Below are positions 1-13,070 of a stretch of 64,000 nt of DNA, in pieces; the stretch's first letter is position 1, and each line of letters starts with the position of its first letter. Position numbers and translations under genes: made by a program. The stretch lies in contig NC_043016.1 of assembly GCF_006345805.1 (NCBI RefSeq), positions 29,202,001 to 29,266,000 on the forward strand, in the 5' to 3' direction. The notes under the pieces are model-generated. The model saw only the letters and a list, made by a program, of their open reading frames with translations, did no database searches and was not told the DNA's origin. The stretch comes from Octopus sinensis. Its lineage: Eukaryota.

Positions 1-533
1 CCCACACTTCTGATTCTTTTATCCTCACTCACTTCTACTCATCTCATACCTTAAAGATTCACCCTGATACCTCATCACCACTATTTTTATCTCTTCTCAG
101 CTCCACTCAATCACCCCACTACCCTCTCTTCTGAAATATGAGTAGCCATGTGGCTCCTCTATATTAAGGAACCCCATTCTGCTCTGGCCCCATCTCTCAT
201 ACTCTAACCCCTCATCTCCTTGCATAAAGTCACCTCTCATGGGGTTTGTAGTCTTGTAAGCTACATGGCAACGTCACTAGTGTTAGTGGCGGGAGAAAAA
301 AAGCACCCAATACATATTGTAAAGTAGTTGGCATTATGAAAGGCAAACAGTTATAGAAACTATATCAAAACAGACATTGGAGTATGATGCAGGACTCATT
401 TGGATCCTGTCAAACAAAGCAAATCATGCCAGCATGGAACATGGACATTAAATGATGATGGGGATGATGACAACTTCAATTCCAAATACCCCCATCATGC
501 CTCTTTTTTTGCTCAGTGTTATATATAACCATG

Positions 534-806
534 GAGGTGCAATGGTTAGAGGATCGCGGTTTCGATTCCCAGACCAAGCGTTGTGTGTTTATTGAGCAAG
601 AACACCTAAAAGCTCCATGAGGCTCCAGCAGGGGGTGGTGGCAACCCCTGTTGTACTCTTTCGCCACAACTTTCTCTCACTCTCTCTTCCTGCTTTCATG
701 AGTAACACTGTGATGGACTGGTGTTCCGTTCAGCTGGGGGGAACACATATGCCACAGAAACCAGGAAACCGGGCCCACGAGCCTGGCTAGGCTTGAAAAG
801 GGTGAT
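534..806 (+). mobile_element. tRNA-headed SINE, head type D, with internal deletion in the head
   Basis: ggtttcgattcccagacc B-box-like head and a body shared with 38170, 50628 and 54330; distinct tail. Confidence 0.75.
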
Positions 807-1504
807 GTTATGTTATATATAACTCAACAGTACACATCTAACAGATCACATACACATAAACACATGCGCGCACGCACACACACACACACAGTGTGTTTTT
901 CTGAAGTACCAATGATATCCCTGAAGCTCTTGTTAATTCATTATAAAACAAAAACCATCTCATTAAAAAAAAAAAAGATACCTTGCTACAGGTTCAATAA
1001 GAAATCTATATGTTTAACAATTCCCACCCTCATGTTCACCCCCACCTCACCCCTTCCACCACCACCACCCACCACCACACAGATCATCTGACAATCTCAG
1101 AGAATGAGAACTGACATAATTTCTAATGAAACAATTAGTCATTTACCGTATTTACTTTGTGCTGAGAGCAGAACTACTTTCTGTTGATTGTGCCAAGATA
1201 AACTAGAATCCAATACAGTTTTATGGTTGAATACAAGTTAGAAATTGTGAGAAAAAAAAAAATATTTATATAAATAATGACTGAATATGCTGTTAAATAA
1301 CAAACCTAACAGTGGTGGCAGTAGGAAACAAAAACAAAAACAAAACAAAAGCAAAAAGAAAAAAAAAACTGAGTTAAAAATGAAATACATTGAACACTTG
1401 ATGTAAAAGTGAAATAATAGGTGAGAAAATAAAGTGTCAATGCATGTGTGTACGTGTTGTATGCTTGGTGTTTCTGAAATGATATTGGAATAATAATAAT
1501 AATA

Positions 1505-1551
<47 letters not shown>

Positions 1552-2460
1552 GACAATGATGAAGAAAGAAGAAAAAGAATTCAGAAAAACATCAGATGTT
1601 GTGGAACGGTGCAGGGAAATTTATTTCTATTGTCAGTGATGGAATCAATATCTAAACAAAGTACTCTGGTGATTACACTCTTACACTCTAAATATAACTA
1701 CTACTACTACTACTACCACCACCATTGCTGCTACCACCACTACTACTAGTACTACCATCGCCACCACAACAATCACTTCTATTAAAAACACCACTACTAC
1801 CACCATTATTATTATGGCAATGATTGTTTGCCAATATGATGATATGAAAGTCTGTAAATAATGGTTAAAAAATCTGGGGGGAAAAGTGCACCTGTCCATT
1901 AGCATCACAGCAACACATGCACACAGATATGCACTTATATGTACAATAAATAAATTGTAAAATTACCTAATTAGAGTTAACTGGACTCAACTGACATGCG
2001 TCAAACAACCCAATTTAAATGCATAAGCTGGAGGAGGAGGAGGAGGAGGAGGTGGAGGAGGTCATATGATGAAGCAATTATTCCCCTGACCCTAACCCTT
2101 TTCTCTACCTTAGGTATTAATAATATAGAATAGAATTAATTACATTAAGATATACATTATACACATAACGAGGAAACTAATTAGTTCAGCATTTAAACAT
2201 TGTTGTTGCTTAGTCTTACATCAGTCATAACTGAACATTCCAGCCCAAACAACCGTGTCTTTTATCAAGACATTATATACCTAGGACTTGCTCATAAATA
2301 TACATTACTGTGCATGGTTGTTCGACTTATGAGAAATAGCAGCCAAAAGCTCCTCCTCTAATCATCTTAAACACCTTAAGTTCATAGACGAAGGCTGAGG
2401 GGTAGAAAACAATAATGTGGTTCAAGGTACACTGTCTTAACTGTTTTGATAATAACCCAC

Positions 2461-2744
2461 TGTGAAGGCATGTGGTTTAATGAGTAAGGTATTTGGATCA
2501 TGATTGTAAGGTCATGAGTTCAATTCCCAGCAGATGCATTGTGTCCATGTGCAAGACACTTTATTTCACATTGCTCCAGCCCACTCACCTGGCAAACATG
2601 AGTTATACCTGTAATTAAAAGGGCCAGCCGTGTCACATTCTGAGTCATGCTGAATCTCCCTGAAAACTACGCTAAGGGTACATGTGTCTGCTGAGCCACT
2701 TGCATGTTAACTGGAACTTTCTTCGTTGTAACTGACAGAGTACC
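2461..2744 (+). mobile_element. tRNA-headed SINE, head type E (V-domain-like gcaagacactttatttcacattgctcc)
   Basis: Head and body shared with 10285-10620 and 51734-52042; tail shared with the 50628 copy of type D. Confidence 0.7.
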
Positions 2745-3812
2745 AATAATGAAGCACCACCTGAGACCACCCCTGGTTTTATGACACAAAATACATTCTA
2801 AAGTGATCTAAATTAAAATCTTCCAAACTTTAGCTTAATTATGACAAAATTATTTTACTAAATTCTTCATAATTTTTCAAAATTTATTAAAACAAAGGCA
2901 GTATATTTCAATAGAAATATTCAAGTCATAAGGAGTATGTAAGTTAGAAATGACAGAGAAATGGTTTGATAAAATTTCATTTAACAATAAGAAAATTCTA
3001 GTATCACAACAAATTGTTTCGTAACTTAAAAACATGTAAATAATTTTTATTATTATAATTGATAAATTACTTATATGCCTGCATTAGTACAAAATGCAAA
3101 AAATCCTTCAAAGTAATGCAGAATATATGCTATTTTAAGAATATTTAGTGCTTTTCTCATAGGTCTAGCAACCATGTACCCGTAGCTGCCTATCAGCAGT
3201 GGAAGTTAAAGAAACGACATAAAAAAAAAAATTAGTGTTGTTGCTGTTTAAGCCCTAGGCCAGCTTTGATTCAGCACACCTATGATCAAAGATGTCCCAA
3301 CCACAACTATCCCACATTTATTTTTAATATCCAGAAGTCTGGTGTCCTTCCATTTTTCGTATAGACATTGGGTGTAATTTGAGGGGGGTTTGACTGCTAC
3401 TTTTAGCAGATCAATTAACACAGGGAGTTGTTTAGTCCTAAGTCATGTAGACTTATGATGAAGACATTCCAACCATAACCATTCCATTTTTTACCCCTAA
3501 GGACAAGGAATTCAAGATCACATTATCCAATGTTTGTACTTTTCTAAGACAATAGTATGTGAGGAAGATTTGGCTGTTATTTCTAGCCAGATTGGTAAAC
3601 ATGTAAAAGCTCCCTCATTGATTTACTTGGTGCTTGTTATAAAATAGTTTCAAATCCCAATGCCTAGTGAATGCAGAGATTATCTCAAGTGGATTATCAT
3701 TAAAACTGTGAAACTTATTACACTTAAATTCCTTGATCTTCCAAAATTCTATGATTTTGGTCATACTGCTGCTCTCCTTCTGATACCATTTCAACCTGAG
3801 AACAGTTGTCAT

Positions 3813-3975
3813 AGGTGTAGGAGTGGCTGTGTGGTAAGTAGCTTGCTTACAAACCACATGGTTCCAGGTTCAGTCCCACTGCGTGGCACTTGGGCAAGTG
3901 TCTTCTACTATAGCCTTGGGCCAACCAAAGCCCTGTGAGCGGATTTGGTAAACGGAAACTGAAATCCTGTCGTAT
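3813..3975 (+). mobile_element. SINE type A, head only
   Basis: ggagtggctgtgtgg A-box-like and ggttcagtccc B-box-like motifs; many near-identical copies in the window. Confidence 0.85.
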
Positions 3976-4004
3976 ATATGTATAAATATATATATATATA
4001 TATA

Positions 4005-4330
4005 TCCCTGGTCTGGTGGTACGTAAAAAGCACTCTCCGACTCGTGGCCGATGCCAGCGCCGCCTCGACTGGCTTCCGTGCTGGTGGCACATAAAATACA
4101 CCAATCTGACCGTGGCCGTTGCCAGCCTCGCCTGGCACCTGTGCAGGTGGCATGTAAAAAGCACCCACTACACTCACGGAGTGGTTGGCGTTAAGAAGGG
4201 CATCCAGCTGTAGAAACATTGCCAGATAAGACTGGAGCCTGGTGCAGCCTTCTGGCTTCCCAGATCCCCGGTCGAACCGTCCAACCCATGCTAGCATGGA
4301 GAATGGACGTTAAACGATGATGATGATGTA
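4005..4330 (+). mobile_element. Retroposon type B (5'-truncated, (GAT)n tail), young copy
   Basis: Ends ggacgttaaacgatgatgatg; only 3 mismatches in ~178 nt against the inverted copy at 37241-37420. Confidence 0.85.
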
Positions 4331-4350
4331 TATGTGTGTTTCTGTGTTTG

Positions 4351-4952
4351 TGTAGAAGTGGCGTAGGAGTTTGCTTACAAACTACATGGTTCCGGGTTCA
4401 ATCCTGCTGCGTGGCACCTTGGGCAAGTGTCTTCCACTATAGCCTCGGGCCAATCAAAGCCTTGTGAGTGGATTTGGTAGACAGAAACTGAAAGAAGCTT
4501 ATCATATGTGTGCGTGTGTGTATATATATTTCCTTGTGTTGTATGTCTTGTACCCTGTTTTTTCGTTGTTTAAAAGAATATCCGTTTCCATGGTACTGTT
4601 TTTATGTTTTCGTTTCTCATTGTGTTTGACGTTTTTTTGGTGTCCTGTACCTATATATGCATGTATATATACTTATGGATGTAGGTACGTACATATATGT
4701 ATGTATATATGCATATGTTTATTTATTATTTTGTTATATATGTATGTATGTACGTGTGTGTATATGTTTGCGTGTCTGTGTTTGTCCCCCCCGCAAACAT
4801 CGCTTGACAACCGATACTGGCATGTTTATATCCCGTAACTTAGCAGTTCGGCAAAAGAGACCAAAGTACAAAGAATAAGTCCTGGAGTCGATGTGCTCGA
4901 CTAAAGGCGGTGCTCCACAGTCAAATGACTGAAACAAGTAAAAGAGTAAAGA
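4351..4952 (+). mobile_element. SINE type A with a foreign repeat (4529-4745) in its microsatellite spacer
   Basis: Head at 4351-4500 and tail at 4770-4952; the insert matches 49690-49900. Confidence 0.75.
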
Positions 4953-5888
4953 GTATGCGAGAAAGAGATACTGTGAATGTATGTGATATTGTGAATGTGT
5001 GTGCGATACTGTTCATATATAATACTGTGTGTGTGTGTGTGTGTGTGTGATATTGTGTGTATATAATACTGTGTATGTATGTGTAGCACCGTATCTCTTT
5101 CGTGATAACTTGTGACATAACAAAACATAAGAAAAGAACATTGCTAAGTAACACAGTGAAGTCATATTAAATAGAAATAATACCAATAATATGGTCATGT
5201 GGTAAATACTCGAGATGGGGTGGGGCTCAGAGTATTAAAACTACAAATGTAAGACAGGATCTTATACACGTGATGTAGTGTGGTAAAAAAACATTTTGTG
5301 ATAGAGATTGTCCTTGCTATTAATAGGCAACGATTCCCTCAAGAGGTGTTTGAAATTTTAAAGATCAACAAGGAAGAGAAATAACACCAATACAATTAGT
5401 TGACTGAAATGTTTGTACAACAGTTGTAAGAAGAGTGGAACTAGTCATGTAAAAGAGTGGAACTGGCATAGAGAGCCAAATGATGAAAGTAACAGATGTT
5501 TCCAGTCTTTGTGGGGGTTGTGTCATTCACCCCAGTAAAATATATTCTCTTCAGTTGGCAGCATTAATTTAGTGTTGTTTGGTTGTTAAATACTTGTAAT
5601 AAAGAAGAATTGGATTTAATGCAGTTGCTGGAAGTAAATAAGGGTCTCTTAAACTGGCACAGAGCCATAAAATTAGAAGAAGAGGAGGAGTAGGAGAAGG
5701 TGGAGAATAAGGGAAGGAAAAGAGGAGAAAGGAGAAAAAGGTAAGGAAGATGAAGAAGAGGGAAAGGAAGGACAACAACAAGAGAAGAAAGAGGAAGAAT
5801 AAGAATCGGTGAAAGGAAAATGCAGAAGAAGAGGGTGACGAGGAGCTGATTGAGACAAAACTTCCATCATGTTCAGAGCAAATTTAAT

Positions 5889-6293
5889 AGGCGTAGGAAT
5901 GGCTGTGTGGTAAGCAACCTGATTACGAACCACATGGTTCTGGGTTCAGTCCCACTGTGTGGTACCTTGGGCAAGTGTCTTCTACTATAGCCTCGGGCTG
6001 ACCAAAGCCTTGTGAGTGGATTTGGTAGACGGAAACTGAAAGAAGCCCATCATATATATGTATATATATATATGTATGTGTGTGTATATGTTTGTGTGTC
6101 TGTGTTTGTCTCCCCAACATCGCTTGACAATCAATGTTGGTGTGTTTATGTCCCCGTAACTTAGCAGTTCAGCAAAAGAAACCGATAGAATAAATATTAG
6201 GCTTACAAAGAATAAGTCCTGGGATCGATTTGCTTGACTAAAGGCGGTGCTCCAGCATGGTAACAGTCAAATGACTGAAACAAGTAAAAGAGT
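5889..6293 (+). mobile_element. SINE type A, full length
   Basis: tRNA-like head, (TA/TG)n spacer, tail ending ggtgctccagcatgg...gactgaaacaagtaaaagagt. Confidence 0.9.
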
Positions 6294-6534
6294 AATTCCC
6301 TTCTCCCATAATTTAAACTCCTCATTGCTGTAAAGCTGAATCCTACCCCTTATTTGCCTTAGGTTTCATGGTCTTTCAAGCATGAAAAACAAAAAAAAAA
6401 CAACAACATCCAGTTCACTCTGCAAAGCATTTGGCATTAGGAAAGGAAAACACATAGAAACCATTCCATAGCAGACACTGGCGCATGATGCAGTCCTTAT
6501 ATAATAAGGACATTATATGAATGATGATGATGAT

Positions 6535-6748
6535 AATCCTTTCTACTATAGGCACAAGGTCAGAAATTTCGGGGGAAGTGGGTAAGTCGATTACATCGGC
6601 CCCAGTCTCAACTGGTACTTATTTTATCAACCCCAAAACGATGAAGTGCAAAGTGAACCTCAGCGAAATTCAAACTCAGGACATAGCATTGGACAAAATA
6701 CTGTTAAGTATTTTGCCTAGTATGTTAACGACTTTGCCAGCTTGCCCC
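6535..6748 (-). mobile_element. SINE type C, tail variant C2
   Basis: Reverse complement of the gagctggcag head, gcctttcatcc/taagtaccag core and ccttgtgcctatagtagaaaggatta tail. Confidence 0.75.
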
Positions 6749-7334
6749 CTTGATGATGACAGAATGGTAAAATGAGTGGATCCTAATAGTAAAGTCTACT
6801 TCAGAAGGATTTGAACTCAGAATTTAAAAGAATTTAAGGACACAGGGATGGTTGTGTGGTAAGATGAGATATCTGCTTCATAACCACAAGGTTTTAGGTT
6901 CAATTGCACCATTGTGCTACCTTTCACAACTATCTTCTACAATGGCCTTAAGTTGACCAATGCCTTGAGAAAGGAATTTGTTAGATGGAAACTTTGTAGT
7001 AGAGTATGTGTGTGTGTGTGTTTTTGTTGTATTTGGTTGATTAATGTCTTTTTTCCATGCTGGCTCCAGTTGGATGAGAACATATTTAAAACTGGATTTT
7101 CATGTAATTTGGGTTAGCATCTACAGATGGACGCCCTTTGTCATGCCAACTACTTTACAGTGTGTACTGAGTGCATTTTACTTGTGGCACCAACACCGGA
7201 GAGGTTGAACAGTCATAGGTAAGACAGGACAAGAGGGGGGCTATATACTTCCTCAGTTCATTTAACGAACCACTTTAATGTGAATAGTATGGTGGTTGTG
7301 AAAGTTGGATGAAAGAAACCCATCGTATATATCA

Positions 7335-7645
7335 TCATCATCATCATTTAGCGTCCACTTTCCATGCTAGCATGGGTTGGATGGTTCAACTGGGGTCTGT
7401 GAAGCCAGAAGGCTGCATCAGGCCCAGTCTGATCTGGCAGTGTTTCTACGGCTGGATGCCCTTCCTAACGCCAACCACTCCATGAGTGTAGTGGGTGCTT
7501 TTTACGTGCCACCTGCACAGGTGCCAGATGGAGCTGGCAAATGGTCACGGACGGATGGTGCTTTTTACGTGCCACCGGCACGGAGGACAGGCGAGGCTGG
7601 CAATGGCCACGAACGGATGGTGCTGTTTACGTGCCACCGGCACAT
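7335..7645 (-). mobile_element. Retroposon type B with three ~62-63-bp internal subrepeats
   Basis: catcatcattt...ctggatgcccttcctaacgccaacc; the subrepeat gtgctttttacgtgccacc starts at 7495, 7558 and 7620. Confidence 0.85.
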
Positions 7646-8590
7646 ATGTGTATATGTATGTGTGTGTGTGTATGTATGTGTTTGTCCCCCCATCATTGCT
7701 TGATGCTGGTGTATTTACATCACCATAACTTAGCAGTTCGGCAAAAGAGACCGACAGAATAAGTACTAGGCTTACAAAGAATAAGTCCTGGAGTTGATTT
7801 GCTCAACTAAAGGTGGTGCTCCAGCATGGCTGCAGTCAAATGACTGAAACAGGTGAAAGAGAGAGAGAGAGAGAGAGAGCAAAGAGAGAACATGCTAAGT
7901 CAATAAGATAGCCATTAGGTTTGTAACTAGGCAAACTCCAGTCGACTGCATTTACCATATTGCTTCCTAACTCCATTGCATTAACAATTGGCAAATAGCC
8001 AATTAATAAAGTATAAAAAAAAACCAACAAAAAAAAAAACGGTCAGCATCATAATGACGACCCATTTTTTCAGAGTTAGGGGAAGAGTACGACACTAGAA
8101 TGTTGAAGTACAGCATAAGCTAATTGAAAATTACTGTAGTAAGAAATCTATTTCTGTTCTGTCCATCGATGAAACAACAACAACAACAACAACAGCAACA
8201 ATAAAAATAGTAATAAGCTGGAGGAAGGGGGTAAAATGGTGATTGATGATGATGATGATGATATAATTATTATTAATAATGATAATAATAATTGGAAAAA
8301 CAAATAAGGAAAAATATCGACCGATATATTCATTCACTCATTCTTGATTTGAACTGATGCAAAGAAAGGGTTGTTAGGAGGAGGGGGGGTGGGGAGATGG
8401 AGATGGGAACGTCAGTTTCCAATCATTGAACTTTCATTACATATCTCAACCATCTGCCATACTTCATTTGATCAGTAGCCTATATGTGTGTGTGTGCGCG
8501 TGCTCACATATGTGATTATATAAGTACGTATATATATATATATTCATATGTATGTATACAGGTCTTCATCTTTTGTTTTCTGTAAATTTG

Positions 8591-8628
<38 letters not shown>

Positions 8629-8649
8629 TGTTTTCTTTAATTTTGAACT

Positions 8650-8895
8650 ATATATATATATATAAAGTTAATCCAAACAAGAAAGCAAAAACAAAAAAAC
8701 AACAACGCAAGGACGTGGAACAAATAAAGTATTATTGGACGCTCAGGAAAGAAGGGAAGAAGGAGGGTTTGACGTTTCGAGCGGAGCTCTTCGTCGGAAA
8801 CATAGGAGAAGGAAAGATCACGAGAAGGGAAGACAGGGGAAAAAAATCGCTAGTGATACAGACGAGGTCACATACTAAAATACGGAAGTAGTAAA
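8650..8895 (-). mobile_element. Probable Penelope-like pseudo-LTR fragment
   Basis: Contains a minimal hammerhead motif, a hallmark of Penelope-like elements. No coding remnant confirmed. Confidence 0.5.
8767..8801 (-). ncRNA. Minimal type I hammerhead ribozyme motif (U4>C variant)
   Basis: Minus strand reads gttt-CCGACGA-a-GAGC tcc GCTC-GAAA-CG-TC-aaac: stem I gttt/aaac, stem II GAGC/GCTC, palindromic ACGT stem III. Confidence 0.65.
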
Positions 8896-10284
8896 AGTAG
8901 AAGAATAATGTTTTTTAAAAGACAGGAGAGCTATATCAAAGACTGTATGGTAAAGAAAGTGAGAGGGGGAATGTGTGTGGGTGTAGTAATTCCCTTGTGT
9001 GTGTGTGTGTGTGCGTGTAATGATGACATGTGTGTGTGTGTGTGTGTGTGTATGGCGAACAACTGGCTAGCAGGCTAGTAGTAAGAATTAAGGAGTGGTG
9101 TTTAGGGTCCAATCGAAGGTCAAAAACAAAGAGGTATGTGTGTGTGTGTGCGTGTATGTATATGTATCGTGAGTGTGTTTTGTTTGTAGTATGTGTGTGT
9201 GTATGTATGTGTTTTTGTGTGTATGCATGGAGTTTGGTTGTGTCACGAGTAACTGTGCTTAACTTAGTGTATGTGTGCATGTGTGCTTGTACGTGCATGT
9301 GTGTGTGTGTATATATATGTATGTATAATTGTGTGCGTGTATGTATGTGTGTGCATGTGTATATATATATATATACATAATCATCATCATTTAACGTCTG
9401 CTTTCCATACTGGCATGGAAAAGGCTTCAAGGTCTAGAATTTGTGGGGAAGGGGACTAGTTGATTACATTGCCCCCAGTGTTTCACTGGTACTTAATTTA
9501 TTGAGCCTGAAAGGATAAAAGGCAAAGCTGATCATGGCAGAATTTGAACTCAGAATGTAGGGACAGATGAAATACCGCTAAGCATTTTGCCTGGCTGGGC
9601 TTACAATTCTGCCACCTCACTGTCTTTATAATAATAATAATTATATACATTCACATGTGCGTGTGTGTGTGTACATATATATCCATGCATATATATGTAT
9701 ATATTTTGTGTATATATGTATGTTGGTTTTGCCTGGTGATTGCAATGACATGAAACTTGAGTCACAAGGAACTCTCAGCTTCAGTTTTAATTTTTTTTAA
9801 AAATATATATACAATCTTACAGGCTTTTGTCACTGCTCATTGGCCATACTGGAGCATCACCTTCAAAGAGTTATAGCTAATTGTATCTGTCACCCCAATA
9901 TTTAACCAGTTGTTTATTTTATCTACTTTGGAAGAATAAAATGCAAAGTCAACCTGTGTGATATTAAAATTCAGATCATAAAAGGATATAAAACAAATAT
10001 ATTTATAATATATTTATTCAAATTATGCAATATCACATTTATTATAAAGTTGAATTACTAATTCTACTAATATAGACATGGTTAGATCTCAGAATAAATG
10101 CAAACCATTCCTTTAACTAAAAAAAAAAAAAGTATTTTTTTGTAAATTTTGTTTCCAACAATTTTCATTGTGACTAAAAAGAACATATGGAACCACTGCA
10201 AGATCACTTAACTTGTTAGATATAGCAGTTACATATCTCTCTTAATTCACATCCCATAGGTTTACTTCAATAGGGTGTTGCTGG

Positions 10285-10620
10285 GACCCCCTTCGGTCAT
10301 GACTTACCATGGGGTTGCAACTAGAAAGTTACCCTCCCAGGCACAAGTCCGGGCAAGGTTATTTATGGAAGACCAGCAGTCGAACACGCATACCAACCTC
10401 CCCTCTCCATGTCACCAGTGCTATCCAAGGGAAAGGCAAAGGGGCCGATACAGCTTGGCACCTGTGGTGTTGCAACTCATTTCTACAGATGAGTGAACTG
10501 GAGCAATGTGAAATAAAGTGTCTTGCTCAAGAACACAACACACGGCCTGGTCTGGGATTCGAACTCACAACCTTGCGATCGTAAGCTTGACACTCTAACC
10601 ACTGAGCCATGTGCCTTCAC
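10285..10620 (-). mobile_element. SINE type E, near full length
   Basis: Reverse complement gtgaaggcacatggctcagtggttagag...gagttcgaatccc head; homologous to 51734-52042. Confidence 0.8.
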
Positions 10621-10898
10621 AGGGCATAATACATTAAATAATCCACAAAATTATCCAGTGTATTTCCAAGAACAACTTTGGCCACCCTTTTGAATTCAAT
10701 ACCTTTATCACTTGTGGACATGCTTACAAAAAATCAAAAATACAGTGCAGAAATCATGACTTTCAGAAACATTATTTTGTTGTTCACAATTGTTGAAGTA
10801 TGGAATAAACTATGTATATCAACTGTTAACTGTCAAGACATTACATTCTTAAAAAAATTCCAGGTTTCTCAAAATTCACGAACACTACTAACCTACCA

Positions 10899-11304
10899 CA
10901 GGCGTAGGAGTGGCTGTGTGGTAAGTAACTTGCTAACGAACCACATGGTTCCAGGTTCAGTCCCACTGCATGGCACCTTGGGCAAGTGTCTTCTTCTATA
11001 GCCTCAGGCCGACAAAAGCCTTGTGAGTGGATTTGGTAGACGGAAACTGAAAGAAGCCCGTCATATATATGTATATGTATATATATGTGTATGTATATGT
11101 TTGTGTGTCTGTGTTTGTCCCCCCAACATCACTTGACAACCGATGCTAGTGTGTTTACGTCCCCGTAACTTAGCGGTTCGGCAAAAGAGACCAATAGAAT
11201 AAGTACTAGGCTTACAAAGAATAAATCCTGGGGTCGATTTGCTCAATTTAAGGTGGTGCTCCAGCATGGCCACAATCAAATGACTGAAACAAGTAAAAGA
11301 GTAA
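10899..11304 (+). mobile_element. SINE type A, full length, with probable TSD
   Basis: Complete head, spacer and tail; accacaggc at 10895-10903 and 11305-11313. Confidence 0.9.
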
Positions 11305-11534
11305 ACCACAGGCATGCCTACTAACTTATCCTTCTCTATGGATCTTTTGCAACTCATTTTTCTCTATTTTTGCGTTTTATTCTGTGCACTGTGTATATAC
11401 TTCAAGCATTCATTGCTGAATTTTTTCACCAGTCTGCTTCTTTCTCCTCTTATACTCTTTTCTGATAAGTTGTAGAGCACCTGAACATTGCATCCAATAT
11501 GCTCATTATTATTATTACTATTATTATTATTATT

Positions 11535-11770
11535 ATGGTGGTGAGTTGGCAAAACTGTTAGTAAACAGGGAAAAAATGCTTAGCAGCATTTCATTGATCT
11601 TTACATTCTGGGTTCAAATTCTGCCAGGGTCGACTTCACCTTTCCTCCTTCTGGAGTTGATAAAATAAGTACCAGTCAAGCACTGGGATCAGTGTAAACA
11701 ACTAAGCCCCTTCCCCGAAATCACTCACCTTGTGCCAAAATTCGAAATTATTATTATTATTATTATTATT
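11535..11770 (+). mobile_element. SINE type C2 embedded in (TTA)n
   Basis: Head ggtggtgagttggc and core ataaaataagtaccag; (TTA)n on both sides. Confidence 0.7.
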
Positions 11771-12235
11771 ATTGTTGTTGTTGTTATTTAATCCTAGATA
11801 CACTGTTTCTGAAAACTATTGGCAGTAATCACAGCTGGAGTAATTTTGATCATGGAATTAATTTGTCAAAGAATTAATTAACCCTAACAGAAAACACAGT
11901 AAGATTACCTCAAACTTTTAATAATGCTTCACCAAAGACTGCTGCTGATTCCCTGTTACCATATCATCTCTAAACTGATTGTATTTAACTGGCTACTATC
12001 TTAATTAAAATCTTAATCAAATTCTAATTATTACCCAATTGTTAATGGAAGATTTCAAGAAGAAATTACAGAAGAAATCTCTCACTTCACTTCAAATATC
12101 AACTTATTTACTCACCTATTCACCTCTTTTAATAATTGTTTCTCATAAAAATGAAATTATTGTATCCACTTCCGACTTCCATATATTGGATTCTATTTTT
12201 GTAACACAACCCTGAATGTATCCTTGATGTTCTGG

Positions 12236-12272
<37 letters not shown>

Positions 12273-12469
12273 ACATATATATATATATATATACATATAT
12301 TGTCTGGATACCCTTCTGAATACCAACTATTATACAAAACAAAATGGGTGTATTTTATGTAGCACCAGCATTGCTGAGGTCACCAGATAGCTTGCAAGAT
12401 GAAGACTAAACTCCATCTAAAATTACTGGCTTCATGCCAAAAATTTGAAACCATTATCATTATATTATT

Positions 12470-12745
12470 ATTCATATGCACACAAGAGATTACGCTGTTG
12501 GAAAAGAAAAATTCCTAACATTGAGTTACAAGTAACTTTAAATGCCAAGAACCCTCCTAAGTATCATAGCTGTCCCTAATAACATTTTTTCTGGATCTGT
12601 ACTAAATTAGGTTTAATGCTTATTTTCTCTATCCATCTATAACAAATCTTTAGGGATAGTTCGTAATGCACCTATAACTACTGGGATACATTTTACCTGC
12701 ACTTTTCATTTAATGGCTAGGTCCTGGTACTTTGCTATTTTTTCT
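12470..12745 (-). mobile_element. 3' relic of an R4/Dong-like non-LTR retrotransposon (restriction-like endonuclease C-terminus)
   Basis: Translation with stops and frameshifts: IEKIAKYQDLAIK*KVQVKCIPVVIGALRTIPKDLL / WIEKISIKPNLVQIQKNV / LGTAMILRRVLGI* (stop at 12538), followed by a short 3' UTR and an (AAT)n-like tail. Confidence 0.8.
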
Positions 12746-12755
12746 ATAACCCTTA

Positions 12756-12799
<44 letters not shown>

Positions 12800-12817
12800 G
12801 TTGTTGTTGTTGTTGTT

Positions 12818-13034
12818 AAGGTAATGAGCTGGCAGAAACGTTAGGATGTTGGATAAAATGCTAAGCATTCTTTTTTTCTTTACATTCTGAGTTCAAGTTC
12901 TGCTGAGATTGACTGACTTTCATCCTTTCAGGGTTAATAAAATAAGTACCATTTGAGCACTGGGTTGGTGTAATTGACTAGCTCCCTTCCTCCAAAAATT
13001 CAGGCCCTGTGCCAATAGTAGAAAGAATTATTGG

Positions 13035-13068
<34 letters not shown>

Positions 13069-13070
13069 AA
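12818..13070 (+). mobile_element. SINE type C2 embedded in (TTA)n
   Basis: Head gagctggcagaaacgttag, core, and tail gccctgtgccaatagtagaaagaattatt. Confidence 0.75.

Noticed and set aside
3813-3890. tRNA-like sequences with A/B boxes (also 10560-10620 and 54330-54400)
   Set aside because: They are SINE heads continuing into repeat bodies; no complete cloverleaf or acceptor stem was found.
3908-4297. Recurrent ORF MLAWVGRFDRGSG...LDALPNANH in several places
   Set aside because: It is the antisense reading of retroposon B; recurrence reflects repeat copies and frames break between copies.
11364-11480. Possible terminal exon VLYNLSEKSIRGERSRLVKKF...
   Set aside because: Phase fits 20386-20486, but an equally plausible alternative exists near 3795; cannot choose without transcript data.
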